A stretch of DNA of 64,000 nucleotides from Paraspadella gotoi (GCA_051294375.1 CM119268.1:24026349-24090348), one strand, 5' to 3'; shown: positions 13,098 through 26,943, numbered from the stretch's first letter. Notes: generated by a model from the sequence alone, not told the origin. Made by a program: numbers and translations.

Positions 13098-13436
13098 AGT
13101 GGAAGAGAGAGAAAGAGCGAGACAAAGCCAGAGACAGAGCGCTCGTGTGACAAAATCCGCGTGTGAAAGAAAAAAAAAAGTTAATCCGTGAAATCATCAC
13201 TGATTATAGTTGTTGTTGTCGTTGTAGTTTTCATCATCGTTGTTTTCGTCGTCGTTATTGACGTCGTCGTCGTCGTTGTCTTTGTCTAGAATCAGTTTTA
13301 TGGAAATTTAATTTGCCCTGAGTCCATTGAGCCACGCGAGTCATTCTGCAATATTTCATGGCATCAATGAGAAAATATCCATTGGAAATGAGGGTTGATC
13401 TTTTGTTTGAGAAACAAATACAAAAGTTGAAATTCT

Positions 13437-13469
<33 letters not shown>

Positions 13470-15494
13470 TTCACCATCGTTGTCGTCGTCTTCATCGTTG
13501 TCGTCGTCTTCATCGTTGTCGTCGACGTCATCGTCGTCGTCTTCATCGTCGTCAACCCCTCCTCATCAGTGTCGTCTTTTTCGTCGATGTCGTCTTTGTC
13601 ATTATCGTCAAAGTCAAGATCACTGTAACTTACGACTAATATAAAAATTATCTATAAAAAGTTATCTTGCTTCTTATTTATTTTATAGTAATCCAGGTCA
13701 ACATTTTCAATGTCATTTTTGTCATTTTCAGTCGTCTTCATAAAAAAATCTTCTAAATCTAAAAAAAAAGAAATATTTTTTTGAGATTTTGACATAAGAT
13801 TTGGGAGAAAGTTAAAGATTCGCCAAAAAAAATATTTTGAAAAGAGAAAAAAATAAGAAAATGAGGGAAAAGTGAAAAATAAACCGGAAAGGAAACAATA
13901 ATAAGGTTAAGTTAAATAATAAGACAAATACTAGTATTTATTTTCGCTCAGTGTAAAGTGGAGCTCAATGTCTATCGTCAAAAAACGTTATTTTTAAAAG
14001 AAGTTTAAAAAACTATTATTTTATAAATATTTTATTTCTCGAAGTCTCACATCGTTGAAAATTTTAACGCTACTTCGATCATCGATGATTTAAAATCATT
14101 TAAAATCATTTTTTATTATTAATTAAATTAAAAATATTTCTATTACCAACTAAAATATTTGCTGTAATTTTTTTCCTTTTTAAGTTAATGATATTTTTAA
14201 AAAGTTCAATATTTTTCGTTTAAAGAAAAAACGCAAGAATATTTTCTCTGCGCGAATTCTAACATAATTTTAAATATCTTAGAATATCATTGAATCTTCA
14301 TTTTTGTTTATCATTTCATAAATATTATATTACTACTCCCAACCATCCTAAGGTTTTGATTAGGTTTCCCCACAAAAGTTAATACAATAAAAGTTACGCG
14401 CGATGAGATTTATTATTATTTCTCTTTGTCTGCGTCGAGTGGGAAAGTTAGGGTTAGAAAGGGAGGTTAGGCTGAGGTTAGGCTGAGGTTAGGTTGAGGT
14501 TTGTCTGAGGTTAGGCTAAGGTTAGGCTGTGGTTAGGCTGAGGTTAGGTTTGAAAAGTGAGTTCGGATGTAAGAAAAATATTTATAGCAGAAAATGAAAA
14601 AGTGCAACCACATTTTTCATCGTCGTCGTCGTCGTTGTCATCGTCGCTGTCGCCGTCGTCGTCATCGTCGTCGTCGACATCGTCGTCGTCGTCATCGTTG
14701 CCTCTTTTTCATTTTCTGTCGCGACAAACGAAACTCATTCTCGCCATGAATTTTCAATCACTAAGAAATTGCAATTTCTATGAAATATCTCGCACCATAA
14801 AATCGTCCTTATCACAATTAATGGATTTAAAAACTTAATGATTTGTTAATGAAACTTTTTTAATGTTGATTCTATATTTTTTTTTCGTTTTATAAAAGTG
14901 TAATTTTTAGGATTAAGTCCGACAATATTGAATTTAACTTTATAACAATGTTCTTTTATTTGTTTGAGTATTATCAAACGAAATTTCATTCTTGTATTTC
15001 TACTACCATCCTGTAATAATTGATTCAAGTTTTATATTAACCGAGGTAACAGCGGTCACTATCATTGCCTGTTACGACATAAACAAAATTATGAATTTTG
15101 ACGGTTTGATAGTAATAGCATTAATGACCTGACATCAAATATATAGTATTTACTAAATCGTAAGATAAATTATAGATTGTATATTGCATACTATTGCATA
15201 CTATTGTATACTTTTGCAATGCATAGAGGTCGGTGGGATCAAGAAAAATTGTTGCTTATTTTAATCTTTTATGTGACTTAATTTAAACTGGATTATTAAG
15301 TAAATTAAAAAAAATTAACATTCGAAAAAATAAAAATATAAAGCAGTTACTAAATAAGTAATACTTATATCTATTGTGAATTTAACTACATCATCTTATA
15401 TGCGATTTCCCCCAACGACCTCACTTCGTGTGCTACAAGAAATTAAGATTTTCTACAAATTTCATTTTTAACAGAATCACTAAATACTCAACTG

Positions 15495-18400
15495 ATGCAT
15501 AGCAAATTAGTTATTGACTCTATCATTAATCCTGCCCAATTAAATCCAATCCCACTTAACCTTAATCAACTTAAATCAACCCACACTAATCGATCACACT
15601 TGACCACACTATCCATGGCCCACTCCACACTTTTCTCTTCCTCTTACTCCTCTTCCCGCTTATGCCCCACAACCCTAACCTCTTCCTCTTCCTCCCTTCG
15701 CTCTTCATCTTCCTCCTCTTATTATCACTACCCACTGAACTCCTCTTCCAAATCATCGCTTTCCTCTTCCTCCTCCAATTGGATTCCAACGCGTTTTTCC
15801 TCTTCTTCGACGCCGTTGACGGCGCTGACTGAGATGGAGAAAAATCTTAATAAAGAAGAAGAAGAAATTGATTTTAAGTAAGAAATTCGAATCTTTAAGA
15901 ACCGCGTTCGAATCTCATGTCATTCAAGTTTTTTTTTAATTTGCTAATTTTTATTCGTGGAACAATATAGACTTCTGGTTTATATTATCTGTCAAAAAGT
16001 AATAAAAAAAAACCAACTAAGAAGTCAACTTGGTTCACGTAACTTCTGTTAATTATTTTCGATCAAATGCATGAATAAAAAAAAATGATAATAATTATTT
16101 AATCGTTCATAATTTTTTTATTAAATTTTATTTGTTATCGGCCATAATCGCGCTATTTTAAAAATCGACCTAAATCCTTAAATTTAATTTTAATTTAAAT
16201 AATTAATCTAAATTAGTATAAACAATATAAACATTATCCATTCATTTAATAAATAAGCTATTTTGCTCCTGATTTTTGACAGGTTTTGGTCCCGGAAATT
16301 TTATATTTTATATTAAATATTTAACCCAATTATTAACCCAAATAACTAACCCTAACCATTAATCAAATCCTTAATTTAATCCTTAATCCTAATCCCTTAC
16401 TTACCAATTACTTAAAATCCTTGAATATTAACTGAAAAGGGGCGCTTTCAGATAATAGTACCAATATCCTTCTTTACCCTAACAGATCCAACGAAGCGAA
16501 TTCTTTTTATTCGCGATCGTCGACGCCTGAAATAAATCAAGCTTTGCTCAGCTCCGCAATCCAATCCCCTGGCACAGCAACCCTTATCCCTAGCGCCGCA
16601 ACCGTCGCCCTCAGCTCTGCACCAGCGCCCTCAATCGTTGCGGTCAAACGAAAAAGTGATTTCTCAGACGCTGAAGGAATTGTGGGTTTGTCTGGAGGCA
16701 ACTCACCTTTACTCACTTCGAAAAAGGCGGCGGGCAAAGAAGTAAGCTCATTTGGATATTTGTATATTAAATATTGTATATATTGTCTATGACCTTGGAA
16801 AGGATATATTGAGTTAAGTCCTCATTATTTCTTACAAGATACAAGATATAAAGTCCCTTCATGATTTTAATCAAAACTGTCAGCTTCGTTTTTTAGTTGC
16901 GCACAGAGTTCTCATGGAGCAACTTTATAAGTGTAACTAATTTTTCGGTTGGTCGGTATGTTTGTCCCCCTTACAGTTCAAATGCTTAGGAAGGTTAGGT
17001 TAGGAAGGTTAGGTTAGGTTAGGAAGGTTAGGTGCCGTTAGACCTTTAATGTGCTTATGTATTATACTTGTGCAGTAAGGCGTAGTGAAAGTTGTAGATG
17101 AAAATTCGAATAGTTGTTCATGAACAGTTTTGTACTAAAGAACATTGATATATAATTTTTTTTAATTTATAAATTTTTGCCTACGCCCATATTTATACAT
17201 AGTACTTACCATAGAAAATGTCAGAATTTATAAATAGTTTTTTTTTGTTTTGAAAGCAGATTCGAATTCCCCATAAAAAGTTGATAAAAGAAAATATAAG
17301 TCTTAATCAAAAATTAAAAAAACTATATTATTTTATACTAAAATTAAATTATTGGTTAACTATAACAGTTTTTTAGGATTTTGACCCACTTCATGAAATA
17401 ATTTTCGAAAAAGATTTATAATTCCTTGTATCAACTTTTCGTGAGGAATTCGAATCTGCTTTCAAAATAGGAAAAAAAACATTTTAAAATTTTAACATTT
17501 TTTATGGTGAGTATTATGTATAAATATGGGCCTATGCGAAAATTGAAAAAAAAAATTTATTAAAAATGTTCACAGGTACAAGCCTCTTCATGTTTACAGG
17601 TACAAGCCTCTTCATGTTTACAGGTACAAGCCTCTTCATATTACAGGTACCAAGCCTCTTCATGTTTACAGGTACAAGCCTCTTCATATTACAGGTACAA
17701 GCCTCTTCATGTTTACAGGTACAAGCCTCTTCATTTACAGGTACAAGCCTCTTCATGTTTACAGTACAAGCCTCTTCATGTTTACAGGTACAAGCCTCTT
17801 CATGTTTACAGGTACAAGCCTCTTCATGATCTACTATTCGAGTTTTGATTTTACTTGATTTTAATATTTTTTTTTCTTCGCTTTATTGTGATCATTTAAA
17901 AAGCGATCACATGACTATATATTCAATGGAATGAATAATTTAGAAAATACTGAATTATCTTAATACTTGGCAGACTGGTAAGTTATTATTCAATGCTTCT
18001 TGTGTTTCATATTTGTGAAGTCACGTGACCACGCAAAACTATAGTCACGTGATAATAAAAGTAAATAAGGAATATTTTGTGTAATGTTCGGTTATTTTAG
18101 TTGAAACTTTGCAGAGAAGTGATCAACCCTAGGACATTTGTTAGACATGAATTTTATAGTGATATAACATATGTATAGTCATGTTATTACTAGGGAATAT
18201 ACATGAATAGAAAGTCACTGTGGCGTAAACTGTGGCGTAAACTCTGACGTAAACTGTGGCGTAAACTGTGGCGTTAATTACCGGAATACCTGGCTTCTTT
18301 ATCAGTAAAGAGGTTGAACTTTTTAAATGAATCTCACATTTAAGCGTGACCTAGTTCATGGAATACTTTATTGTAATCATTAGTTTACGTCTTTTTAGTT

Positions 18401-19417
18401 TTCAAAATCGGAAGTCGACATCTCAACTTCACTCATGTCTCTCTCCTCTTCCTCTTCCTCCTTCCCCTTCCCCCTTGCCTCCCTCTCTCCATTCCTCTTC
18501 TCCTCCCACTCTTCCTCCTCCTCCCTCTTCCTCTTCCTCCTTCCCCTTGCCTCCCTCTCTCCATTCCTCTTCTCCTCCCAATCTTCCTCCTCCTCCCTCT
18601 TCCTCTTCCTCCTTCCCCTTCCTCCCTCTCTCCATTCCTCTTCTCCTCCCACTCTTCCTCCTCCTCCTCCTCCCTTCTTCCTCTTTCTCTTCCCCTTGCC
18701 TCCCTCTCTCCATTCCTCTTCTCCTCCCACTTCTTCCTCCTCCTCCCTCTTCCTCCTCCTTCCCCTTTCCTCCCTCTCTTCCTCCTCCCTCCCACTCTTC
18801 CTCCTCTCCTCCCTCTCTCCCTCGTCCACCACATCAGCGGAGATTCTTCACCAACACACGTGAAAGATGGAGACAACAAAATGTGAATTCATCTTTTGCT
18901 TCGTTGAGAAAACTCTTGCCTACTCATCCCCCGGAAAAGAAGTTAAGGTCTGCATTCATTCATTCATTCATTCATTCTATATTTTCATTATTTAATTCAT
19001 TCATTCATTTATTCATTCATTTATGATTCCTTTCATTCCATATATTCATTTATTCATTCAATCATTCCATATATTCATTTAAATTTAGGAAAAACAGTTT
19101 TTGGTGACAAACAACGATTTTTATTTGGCAGAATAGTCGGATATATTTCTACATTCATGTTTTGCGTATCTTTATCAGCGTTTTATTTTGACAAGATTTT
19201 CTCTACAAACATTGAGTTAGAAAGAGAGATAGATAGATAGATAGATAATTGTACATGGACCTAGGTACCTTCTGCAAGAAGGACCTATAAGGTAACAGTG
19301 GGTCCGTTCATTTAAATTTCATTAAAAGGTTTTACAGTTAAAAAGTCTACCAATCAATTATCTGCTAAAGGTCCATACTAATCATAAGTTAGTACTCAAT
19401 TACAAAAAAAGGAGAGA

Positions 19418-19471
<54 letters not shown>

Positions 19472-21221
19472 ACGATATATCCAAGTGGCACTTGGTATTT
19501 TCCCAGGCAGGTCTTTACCTGATCCAAAACTATCCCACTCAACAGCAAAATCCTCTCAGTCTATGAAAAGTCAATGACCCGATCTCATCATCAACATCCC
19601 ACCTTTGTCTGGCCAGGGGGGGCCAGCTCATTTTGAGCTCTTTCTTCACTTATAATTTTACTTATCTGTCATCTTATCTATCTCTCACCACTTACCTCTA
19701 CATTTCATTTTTCAATTTTCACTATTCATTTTTTACTTAATTAATTTATTTAAGTTTAAATTTAAGTTTAACTATTTTATCCATGTTGTACATTGCCAAA
19801 TGTAACTATTTCTCTCTCTATTTCTCTCTCTCTCTCTCTCTTTCTCTCTTTTTTTTTCTCTCTCCTCTCACTTTTTCACAATTTCAACTTAACTTTCCTC
19901 TTCTTCCCTGTCCTTACCTTCACCTGTCCTCACATCTGACTACTATCCTTTGTTGGAAACTCTCTCTCAATTTCTCTCTCTCTCTCTCTGTTTGTAACCA
20001 AAAACTGCTAAATTCCAAAACGCCACGAAAAGAGAGAAACTTAACATAATTATTTTAAATATATTAATTCATTCATTCGATATATTGGTTTATCCCGTCA
20101 TTTATTCTTTCATTCATTCCGTATATTTATTCCTTTATTAATTAGTTTTTCTCATTTCTTCGTTTCTTTTTTCATTCATTTATTCGTTCGTTCATTCCTG
20201 TTTTCTTTTTCTCTCTTTGCTACTCTAAATTTTGTTTTCATTCATTTGTTCATTCATTCAATTAGTTATATATATAATCCAAGATCACCCGGAAATACTC
20301 GTGAAAAGAAAGTCTCTCTAGCAGCCAAGGAACGGGTCCTTGGCTTGGAAACGGGCTCGAGGTGAACATATTTCAATGCCCGACGACAACTCATGTCTAT
20401 ACATATCGTTACGAGTGAAGCAATAAACAAAAGTCTCGTCAGCTAGAAAATCTACAACATATTCTGCAGGTTTTGCGCAGGTTCACTTCGCAGGCTCGTC
20501 TATCGATTTTAACTCAATCAGCTTGGTACTAGGTCAAATCTTAACCCGGTGACTGTCCTACAGAATGCTTGAGGACGATCGTAAATCGCTTTGAGCGAGT
20601 AGCGATCCAGAGGCAGATAACGAAGTAATGGCGTAATTGCGAATAAAAAGTGAATTTAAAGAACATCGAATAAACCTATTGAATTTATTATTCATTGTAT
20701 GATCAAATAACTCATTTTTTAAAATATTTTTTACAGTAAAAACGAAATTCTACGTCTTGCCATTAAATACATTCGCCTTCTTGACGGAGTCATCGAATTT
20801 CAAGATGCAGAAGCAAAAACAAAAGACACGAGAGGAGAAAAAAGTTTCGGTCAAAATCCGAGAGATGGCGGAGAGGTGGAGAATGAGGCCGTGACGGCCA
20901 AATCGAACAAAAGGTCAGTTTGAAGTCTCCTTAGGGTGGGATAGAGGCCTTAAATCTTAAAGCTTTTTTATTAAGGCTAATTTGATATTTATAATATATT
21001 ATTTTTTATATTATTTGTACCAATTTCATTCCAGAGCTAAATTCTCTAACACTGTTTGGACTTCAACTACTGTGTCGGCTGCAGCGTCTTCAGCGGCTGC
21101 AGCGACGGCTGCAACCCCTGCTGCTGCTGCTGCGGGATTCGAATCTCCGACTTTTAACTTTTCAAATTCTCCTGATTCCTGTTTCGATTTTAGTTCAGAA
21201 TCTGAAGGAGAAGAAAATTAA
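15495..21221 (+). CDS. TAL1: TAL1/SCL/LYL1-family bHLH transcription factor (HLH3B-like), 5 coding exons
   Basis: Exons 15495 (or ATG 15615)-15877, 16486-16741, 18838-18947, 20737-20913 and 21035-21221, phases 2,0,2,2 consistent. The b[40 protein letters not shown]|[15 protein letters not shown] is diagnostic of the SCL family. The 5' exons are less certain than the bHLH exons. Confidence 0.88.
17068..17890. mobile_element. Fold-back MITE-like element with subterminal and long internal inverted repeats
   Basis: Subterminal IR aaaattcgaatagt / actattcgagtttt, and internal IR about 17172-17300 versus 17415-17545. A second member with nested insertions lies at 31327-35070. Confidence 0.65.
17566..17828. 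repeat. 24-bp minisatellite (tttacaggtacaagcctcttcatg), about 11 copies
   Basis: Directly visible, inside the fold-back element. Confidence 0.95.
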
Positions 21222-21856
21222 ACTGATGACAAATTTACTGACAATTTGACTTACGAGCTGACATTCAATTGACAAATTGGCAATTAGTTGAAAAAACAAG
21301 AACGGTAAATCAAATGTGTTGCGCCGCAGTGACTGCCTTATCACGTATATTTCTCGTGACATGACATGACGTGACATGACATGACGTGACGCCCTAGCAT
21401 GTGGAGCTAGCAGTCCTTAGAATTGAGGTTTTTTTCTGTCTTAACAAAAGAGCAACCAACTATAGGGAAATTATATGCATTTTTAATGTAAGTGGGACAG
21501 ACCGACAAATTGACTAAAAAATTTACATATAATTGTAAAAAAAAAACATTTGATTGATAAATTAACATTTTCTAATGTTTGATTTTATTTTCTAATTCCC
21601 AACGGAATATAAATTTATTTCTTAGTAAATTGTATCATTTTTGTCGCATTAATATTTTTCCCTCGTAATTTTTAAGGCAAAATGTTTAAATTTAATTGAA
21701 ATAAAATTAATGGAAATTTCTCAGTAAAATTCATTTTTAATTCTTTCTTCTGAGTTAATTAGTCTCCGACGATTTAAATATTAAAATTATAATTAACTTA
21801 TTCAAAAAGTCTTTAAAAAAAGGGTTTATCGCGACGTCAAATCGAAGCCAAGAACG

Positions 21857-24397
21857 ATGAGCCACCGGGGGCAGGGCATGCCTGGCAGGGCGACTGGGAC
21901 GGAACAGGGCATGCCAGACAGGGCGACAGTGACGGGGCAGGGTGTTCCCGGTGGGCCGGTGGGCGAGAGGCAAGGGCCGCATGGAGAAATGAACATTCAA
22001 GGTCCATCAAAGCCAAAACCTCAAAGTAAATTAATTTTATAAATAAATAAATTATTAAATAAAATAATTAAAGGAAGGAGAAATAAAATTAGAATTTAAT
22101 TATAGGAAGATGATATTAATTAGTGTTGATAATGATCACGAAAATGTGAAAGAAAAGAACATATTATTAATAAAGTTGATGATAATCGTTATATTAAAGT
22201 AAAATATGAAGATAATAGTTAAATAGGATAAAATATTGATTTTAATTTAATTTTCTCGAGGTTTTTCGTCAAAACAATCTCGCAATTACTCAGGTATGTC
22301 AATTAAATATTTTGGTAATTTTTATCAAATTGGTTAATCTGTATCAGGTGGTGAAAGGAATTCCATGAGAGATAAGGATCACTGGATAGATATTAGATAG
22401 GTATCTAGTTAAAGGTAGATTCTGACTAGACTCTCATCAAAATAAGAGGGAGTAAGGTGAACACGACTCTGCCCAACTCAAGAGCGAAACCCCTGGTCCC
22501 GGGGATGAAGAGGAGGGGAAGAGGAGGAGGGGATGAAGAGGAGGGGACGACGAGGGGATGAAGTGGAGGGGACGACGAAGGGGAGGCATAAGGAGCTAAA
22601 CCCTGTTTGAGAAAGTGATCCGACAATTAGCTTCAGGAATAACTTGCTTATTGGGTCAATTTATGGTTCTCTATTTTTACTTAATCCTGAACTTATTTCT
22701 ATTCTTAATCTTTATCAAAATTCATAACCAAAAGTATAATCGAATCACTAACCTTAATTCCTGTTTCTAATCTGTAACCGTTATGTAATCCTCAACCCTC
22801 GGCCCTAATCTCTATCCCTAATCTCTATCCCTGTTCAAGATCACTTACTTAATTCCTAATCTCAACCCTAGCCTGATCTTTAACCCTAATAAATAACCTG
22901 ATCTTTAAAGTTAAAAATCCTGAAATGAGAAGTCTTTGGAAAAACAGGCCCTAATTCTTTGCACTGGTTAATTCATTTGTACCCAGAGTCAAATGTCATT
23001 TTCTGTTCTTTAGCTCAACAGAGTCAACGAATGGCAACCACAATTAAAGAGGAAAATGAAGAAGAGGCAATTAAAGCCTCAGTTAAATTAGAAGATATTC
23101 CGACTCTAACTGGATATGAAGGTTTATATATATGGATGATGCAAACAAATAATACAGTCTCATATTGATAAGTAGTTTATGACTATTATCGTTTTACATT
23201 TGCCTCTACGGAAATAGAATTTAATTTTTTTTTTAATTTAAATGTTTTTAACCTTGAAATCGATTCATTGGACAATATTAATACCAAGTTTGGTTGTGAC
23301 ATATTTGTAAGTTGGTTTCCTGCTAATTTCTCTGTGCAAATCTAACGCAGGAACCGGGTTTAACGAAAGTGAATGCCATGCGCCACCTCCCAATCAAATT
23401 AACGTAGCAGACATAATGAACAAAGTGAAAAACCCTGCCGACATTCTAGAGGAGTATGTCATGGATTTTGCCATTACCGGTGAGAAGTATGTCGCCATTA
23501 CTTCTGAGTTCTTTAATTACAATTGGCAATATTGCGTCATCTCAAACTGTATGCCTGTATTTCTGTATGTCTGCATGTCTGTATGTCAGTATGCCGGGAG
23601 CATTCAGAAATGATAAGAATGATGCATGTTATGTTTTACATAATTGAGTTATAAATTTTACTTGATGTTTATTATATATTGTTTATAATATTTATGGTAA
23701 CAATTAAAAACATTAAAACACAGAAGAGGAGATTCGTGATCGAGTTGTGGAACTGGCCCAACAACATCAATGCTGGGGAAAGAAGTTCGGAAGAAGGATG
23801 GAGGTAGATGCATCACTGATGGTGTTGGATATGAAACCTTTTCCTGAACCAGGGAAAATGGAAATTTGTTAATGGCGAAAATGAGATTTAATTAGTTAAA
23901 GAACTCTTTAAGTTTTTTGTAGGAGGGACACACTTAAGAAACTAGTTTGAAGACTCTTTTGATATGTTTAATAGTCCTTAACTTAGGAGCAAGTTTCTTG
24001 GAAACTTGCCTATGTCTCAAACTCTCAATGAATAAAGCGTAAGATGCCTTGGGGTCCCATGGCTAATATAAGAGGTTTTAGAAGTTATGGATAGTCATCT
24101 TCGGCCTACTTAACACCCTAACCACAGATTTCTTATTATTATATTCACTCAAATTTGGTTTATTTTCTTTGATTTTTTGGTCAGATAAAATCTGTTACAC
24201 AATATCCAGGACTTCAATACAGTTTGGATTCTCATTGTGAAGAAAGAAAAACTCGTTGGAAAACTGTTCCTTTTTCGTGAGTTTATTTCTATTTTTGTTC
24301 TTATTTGCTTTTATTGCTTTATTGTACCGGGGTCAAATTAAATAAAATAAATAATACGCAAATAGAATTACTTATAGAAATTAATAGATAAATCGTC

Positions 24398-24480
<83 letters not shown>

Positions 24481-26943
24481 CAAGAGGTGGATTCGTGGAC
24501 GGTCCAGACAAAGGGATGACTCCTTCGCCTTGGGATATTTCAATCCCAAGGAAGGGATTCTTTCAAGAGAACATCGTTAAAGTCGAAGTGATGAAGTGAT
24601 AAAATGATAAAGTGATAAAAAAATAAACTGAAGTGATGATATGATTTAATGATAAAATTTTAAAATGATAAATGGCACCACATTTAAGTAAGTAGACAGG
24701 GATTTCTCTCTGGAGGCGTGGGTTCGAATCCCACCACTGGCACCACATTTAAGTAAGTAGACGAGGATTTCAACATGAAACCAAAGTGGAATTTATTTCA
24801 GTATTTGAACAAACGCAAGACGGTGTCAGAATTTGAGACAGAGTGAATCAGTAAAAAAATGGTCAGTATTTTTACAGAGCCATCGGATCATCGACACGGG
24901 CTGGTTTTCCCCCTGGCATGAAGCCCAACTTGTGATTGGTCCAGTCACTTGGTGGTTCGTCCAATTAGAAAGCAGAATCCGACTTCCGATTCTATTTTTG
25001 GTTCCGATTGCATCTGTGATGAGACAATATGAACATGCAATATTTTTTCAAATAAGAATTTAAAAAAATAATTAAAAAAAGACTTTTAATAAAGAAAGAC
25101 AACTTAATCTAGTCTTTTTATTTGTTTATGAAACCATGAAAAATGAAAAGATATTTCGGCTCCAGTTGCATGCCCTAATTAGCACAAATCCGCCCTAAAA
25201 AAAAAGAGATTGTGTGACTCTCACAGGTGCCTCACACATCCGTGATTCATATCTGCTCTCGATGCGGAGGAAGCGGTGAGCAAATCTGCAGCAACTGCGG
25301 CGGCGAAGGACTCCTAATTTGCTACAAGTATAAATTAGATCATTCAAAAAAAATTCGAAGTAGAATTTAATCAAGCTCATAACAATATATTATTTTTTGG
25401 GATGAGGCGCTATGTAGGCAGAGTACTACTATCCGTATCCTATGTGCCTCCTCAGCCCCAATGGAACGGGGAACAAGGCTTGGGGGCTTTTCTGGACCCC
25501 AAGGCGGTTTACGGCCGTTCGCACTCAACCCGCAGAGGAGGTACCATTGGTGATCCATCCGGGTACCAAATGATCAGGTGCTGATGGCTTTAATGAATGA
25601 GCCACTCTGTCACTACTTAGTACTACATTATAGTCGGAGTGAACATTTCGAAATGTAATTGGATTAATTGATTATCTATTATTAAAGCTCTTGGGGTAGC
25701 GGTTAGGAAATGAATTGGCGTTGCTACTTAATTGATTGATTATCTATTAAAGCTGTTGGGGCAGCGGATGGGAAATGGATTGGCCTTGCTACTTCTGTCG
25801 AGGACGTGGTCTAATACGTTGCATTAATTGCATTGGATCTGGCAGAATGTCTTGCCGAGCTTGTCGCGGATGTCGGTAAATCAGTTGTAACTAACCCTAA
25901 CATTATATATTATATTTTAATCTATGTCCCTCAGGCAGTTAAAGTCATCTGTAGAGTTGATCGTGAGATTTCATAATGTTTCATCTAATTGGGTCTACGA
26001 TCGAACAAATCTTCCTTCTCATCTCTTGAAGAAAGCTCACGGGAAGCGCATCTTCGAGCAATGCTTAGAAAGGGTGGCGCCTATTCAGGTCACAAGGTCA
26101 AATGTCTCAAGGTCAAATGTCTCAAGGTCAAAGGTTTAAGTTCAAAGCAAGAAAGCGGATTTTTAAGAGAAGGAAGAAAATCAATGGAAGTTAAATTTTT
26201 TTATTTAACATTAAATTTAAGTTTAAACTTTAATTAAAATGCTTTATTTGTAACTAATCAAGTTAAGTTACGGGCCGCCAAACATTCGAGTTAATTTTTT
26301 AATAATGTAGGTAATTGAATTATTTCTTTTTTTAAAATAAGAATTTTTTTTCATCAGGGATACAAAGTGAATGAGTTGAACCAAGCAAGTTACGAACTTT
26401 TAAATAAACATTACAAGATACAAGAAAAAGAAAGAATTCACTATCAGGTAAACGAAGATATAGCGCAAATGAAAATTTAAAATAAAAAGGCTAATAACAC
26501 ATGATCATTATGTCCCGGGATTGATCCCCAATGCTAATTATCATGCGGGAAGCGTGAAGACGGCCGTAAACCACCTGGAAAACCCTTAGGCTTGGTTCCA
26601 AGCCCAGCATCTGTTCCATGAACGCTAGACAGGGTTTAAGAAGTTGCATATAGCACTATTCAACACACTGAGCGCCTTATCTACATTTTGGTGAATAGAA
26701 TAATAATTAATTAATTAATTAATTAATTTGAAAATAGATAAATAAAAACATACATAAAATTATTAAAAGTTAGATAAGACTTTATTCTTTCCGCAGGGCC
26801 ACCACGTTGATGTTGTCCCGCTGTCAGAAATCGTTGCAGTTGGTCGACGGGATGCAACAGAATTTGTCTTTTGGATTTATGGTTTCGAGAAAAATATTTA
26901 TTTTCCTGATTATCCCGATAAGAGTTGCTGCAGCTGTTCTTGA
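21857..26943 (+). CDS. SSUH2: SSUH2 (ssu-2 homologue, C3orf32-like) protein with DnaJ-type CxxCxGxG zinc-finger repeats, 12 exons
   Basis: Exons 21857-22025, 22261-22293, 23014-23121, 23351-23479, 23724-23803, 24185-24276, 24485-24587, 25227-25327, 25753-25875, 25935-26088, 26358-26447 and 26797-26943, phases consistent. Motifs include ITEEEIRD, VDGPDKGMTPSPWDI, VPHTSVIHICSRCGGSG..CSNCGGEG..CYNCWGSG..CYFCRGRG..CINCIGSG..CRACRG and the C-terminus FWIYGFEKNIYFPDYPDKSCCSCS*. Confidence 0.9.
24706..24745 (+). pseudogene. 3' half of a tRNA-Leu-like sequence with encoded CCA
   Basis: CTCTCTGGAGGCGTGGGTTCGAATCCCACCACTGGCACCA comprises the variable arm, T arm (GTGGG-TTCGAAT-CCCAC), acceptor strand and CCA. 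No 5' half is present. Confidence 0.7.
25399..25617 (+). mobile_element. SINE-like insertion in SSUH2 intron 8, with a related antiparallel copy at about 26500-26685
   Basis: GC-rich insert sharing ggYggtttacggccg and gatccatcc(c)ggg blocks with the reverse complement of 26500-26685. Confidence 0.45.

Noticed and set aside
14447-14550. TTAGG-like repeats (also 16986-17032)
   Set aside because: Short, degenerate and interstitial, so not a telomere.
18358-18837. Pro/Ser-rich in-frame extension upstream of the TAL1 bHLH
   Set aside because: It is open only because pyrimidine tracts lack stops, and the phase-0 junction 16741 to 18838 fits without it. Not fully excluded, since acceptor 18398 is phase-compatible with donor 15877.
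22455-22505. Hammerhead-like GAGC-GAAAC..GTC (also CTGAAGA..GAAAC at 49165-49215)
   Set aside because: Missing CUGANGA core or no credible stem II/I.
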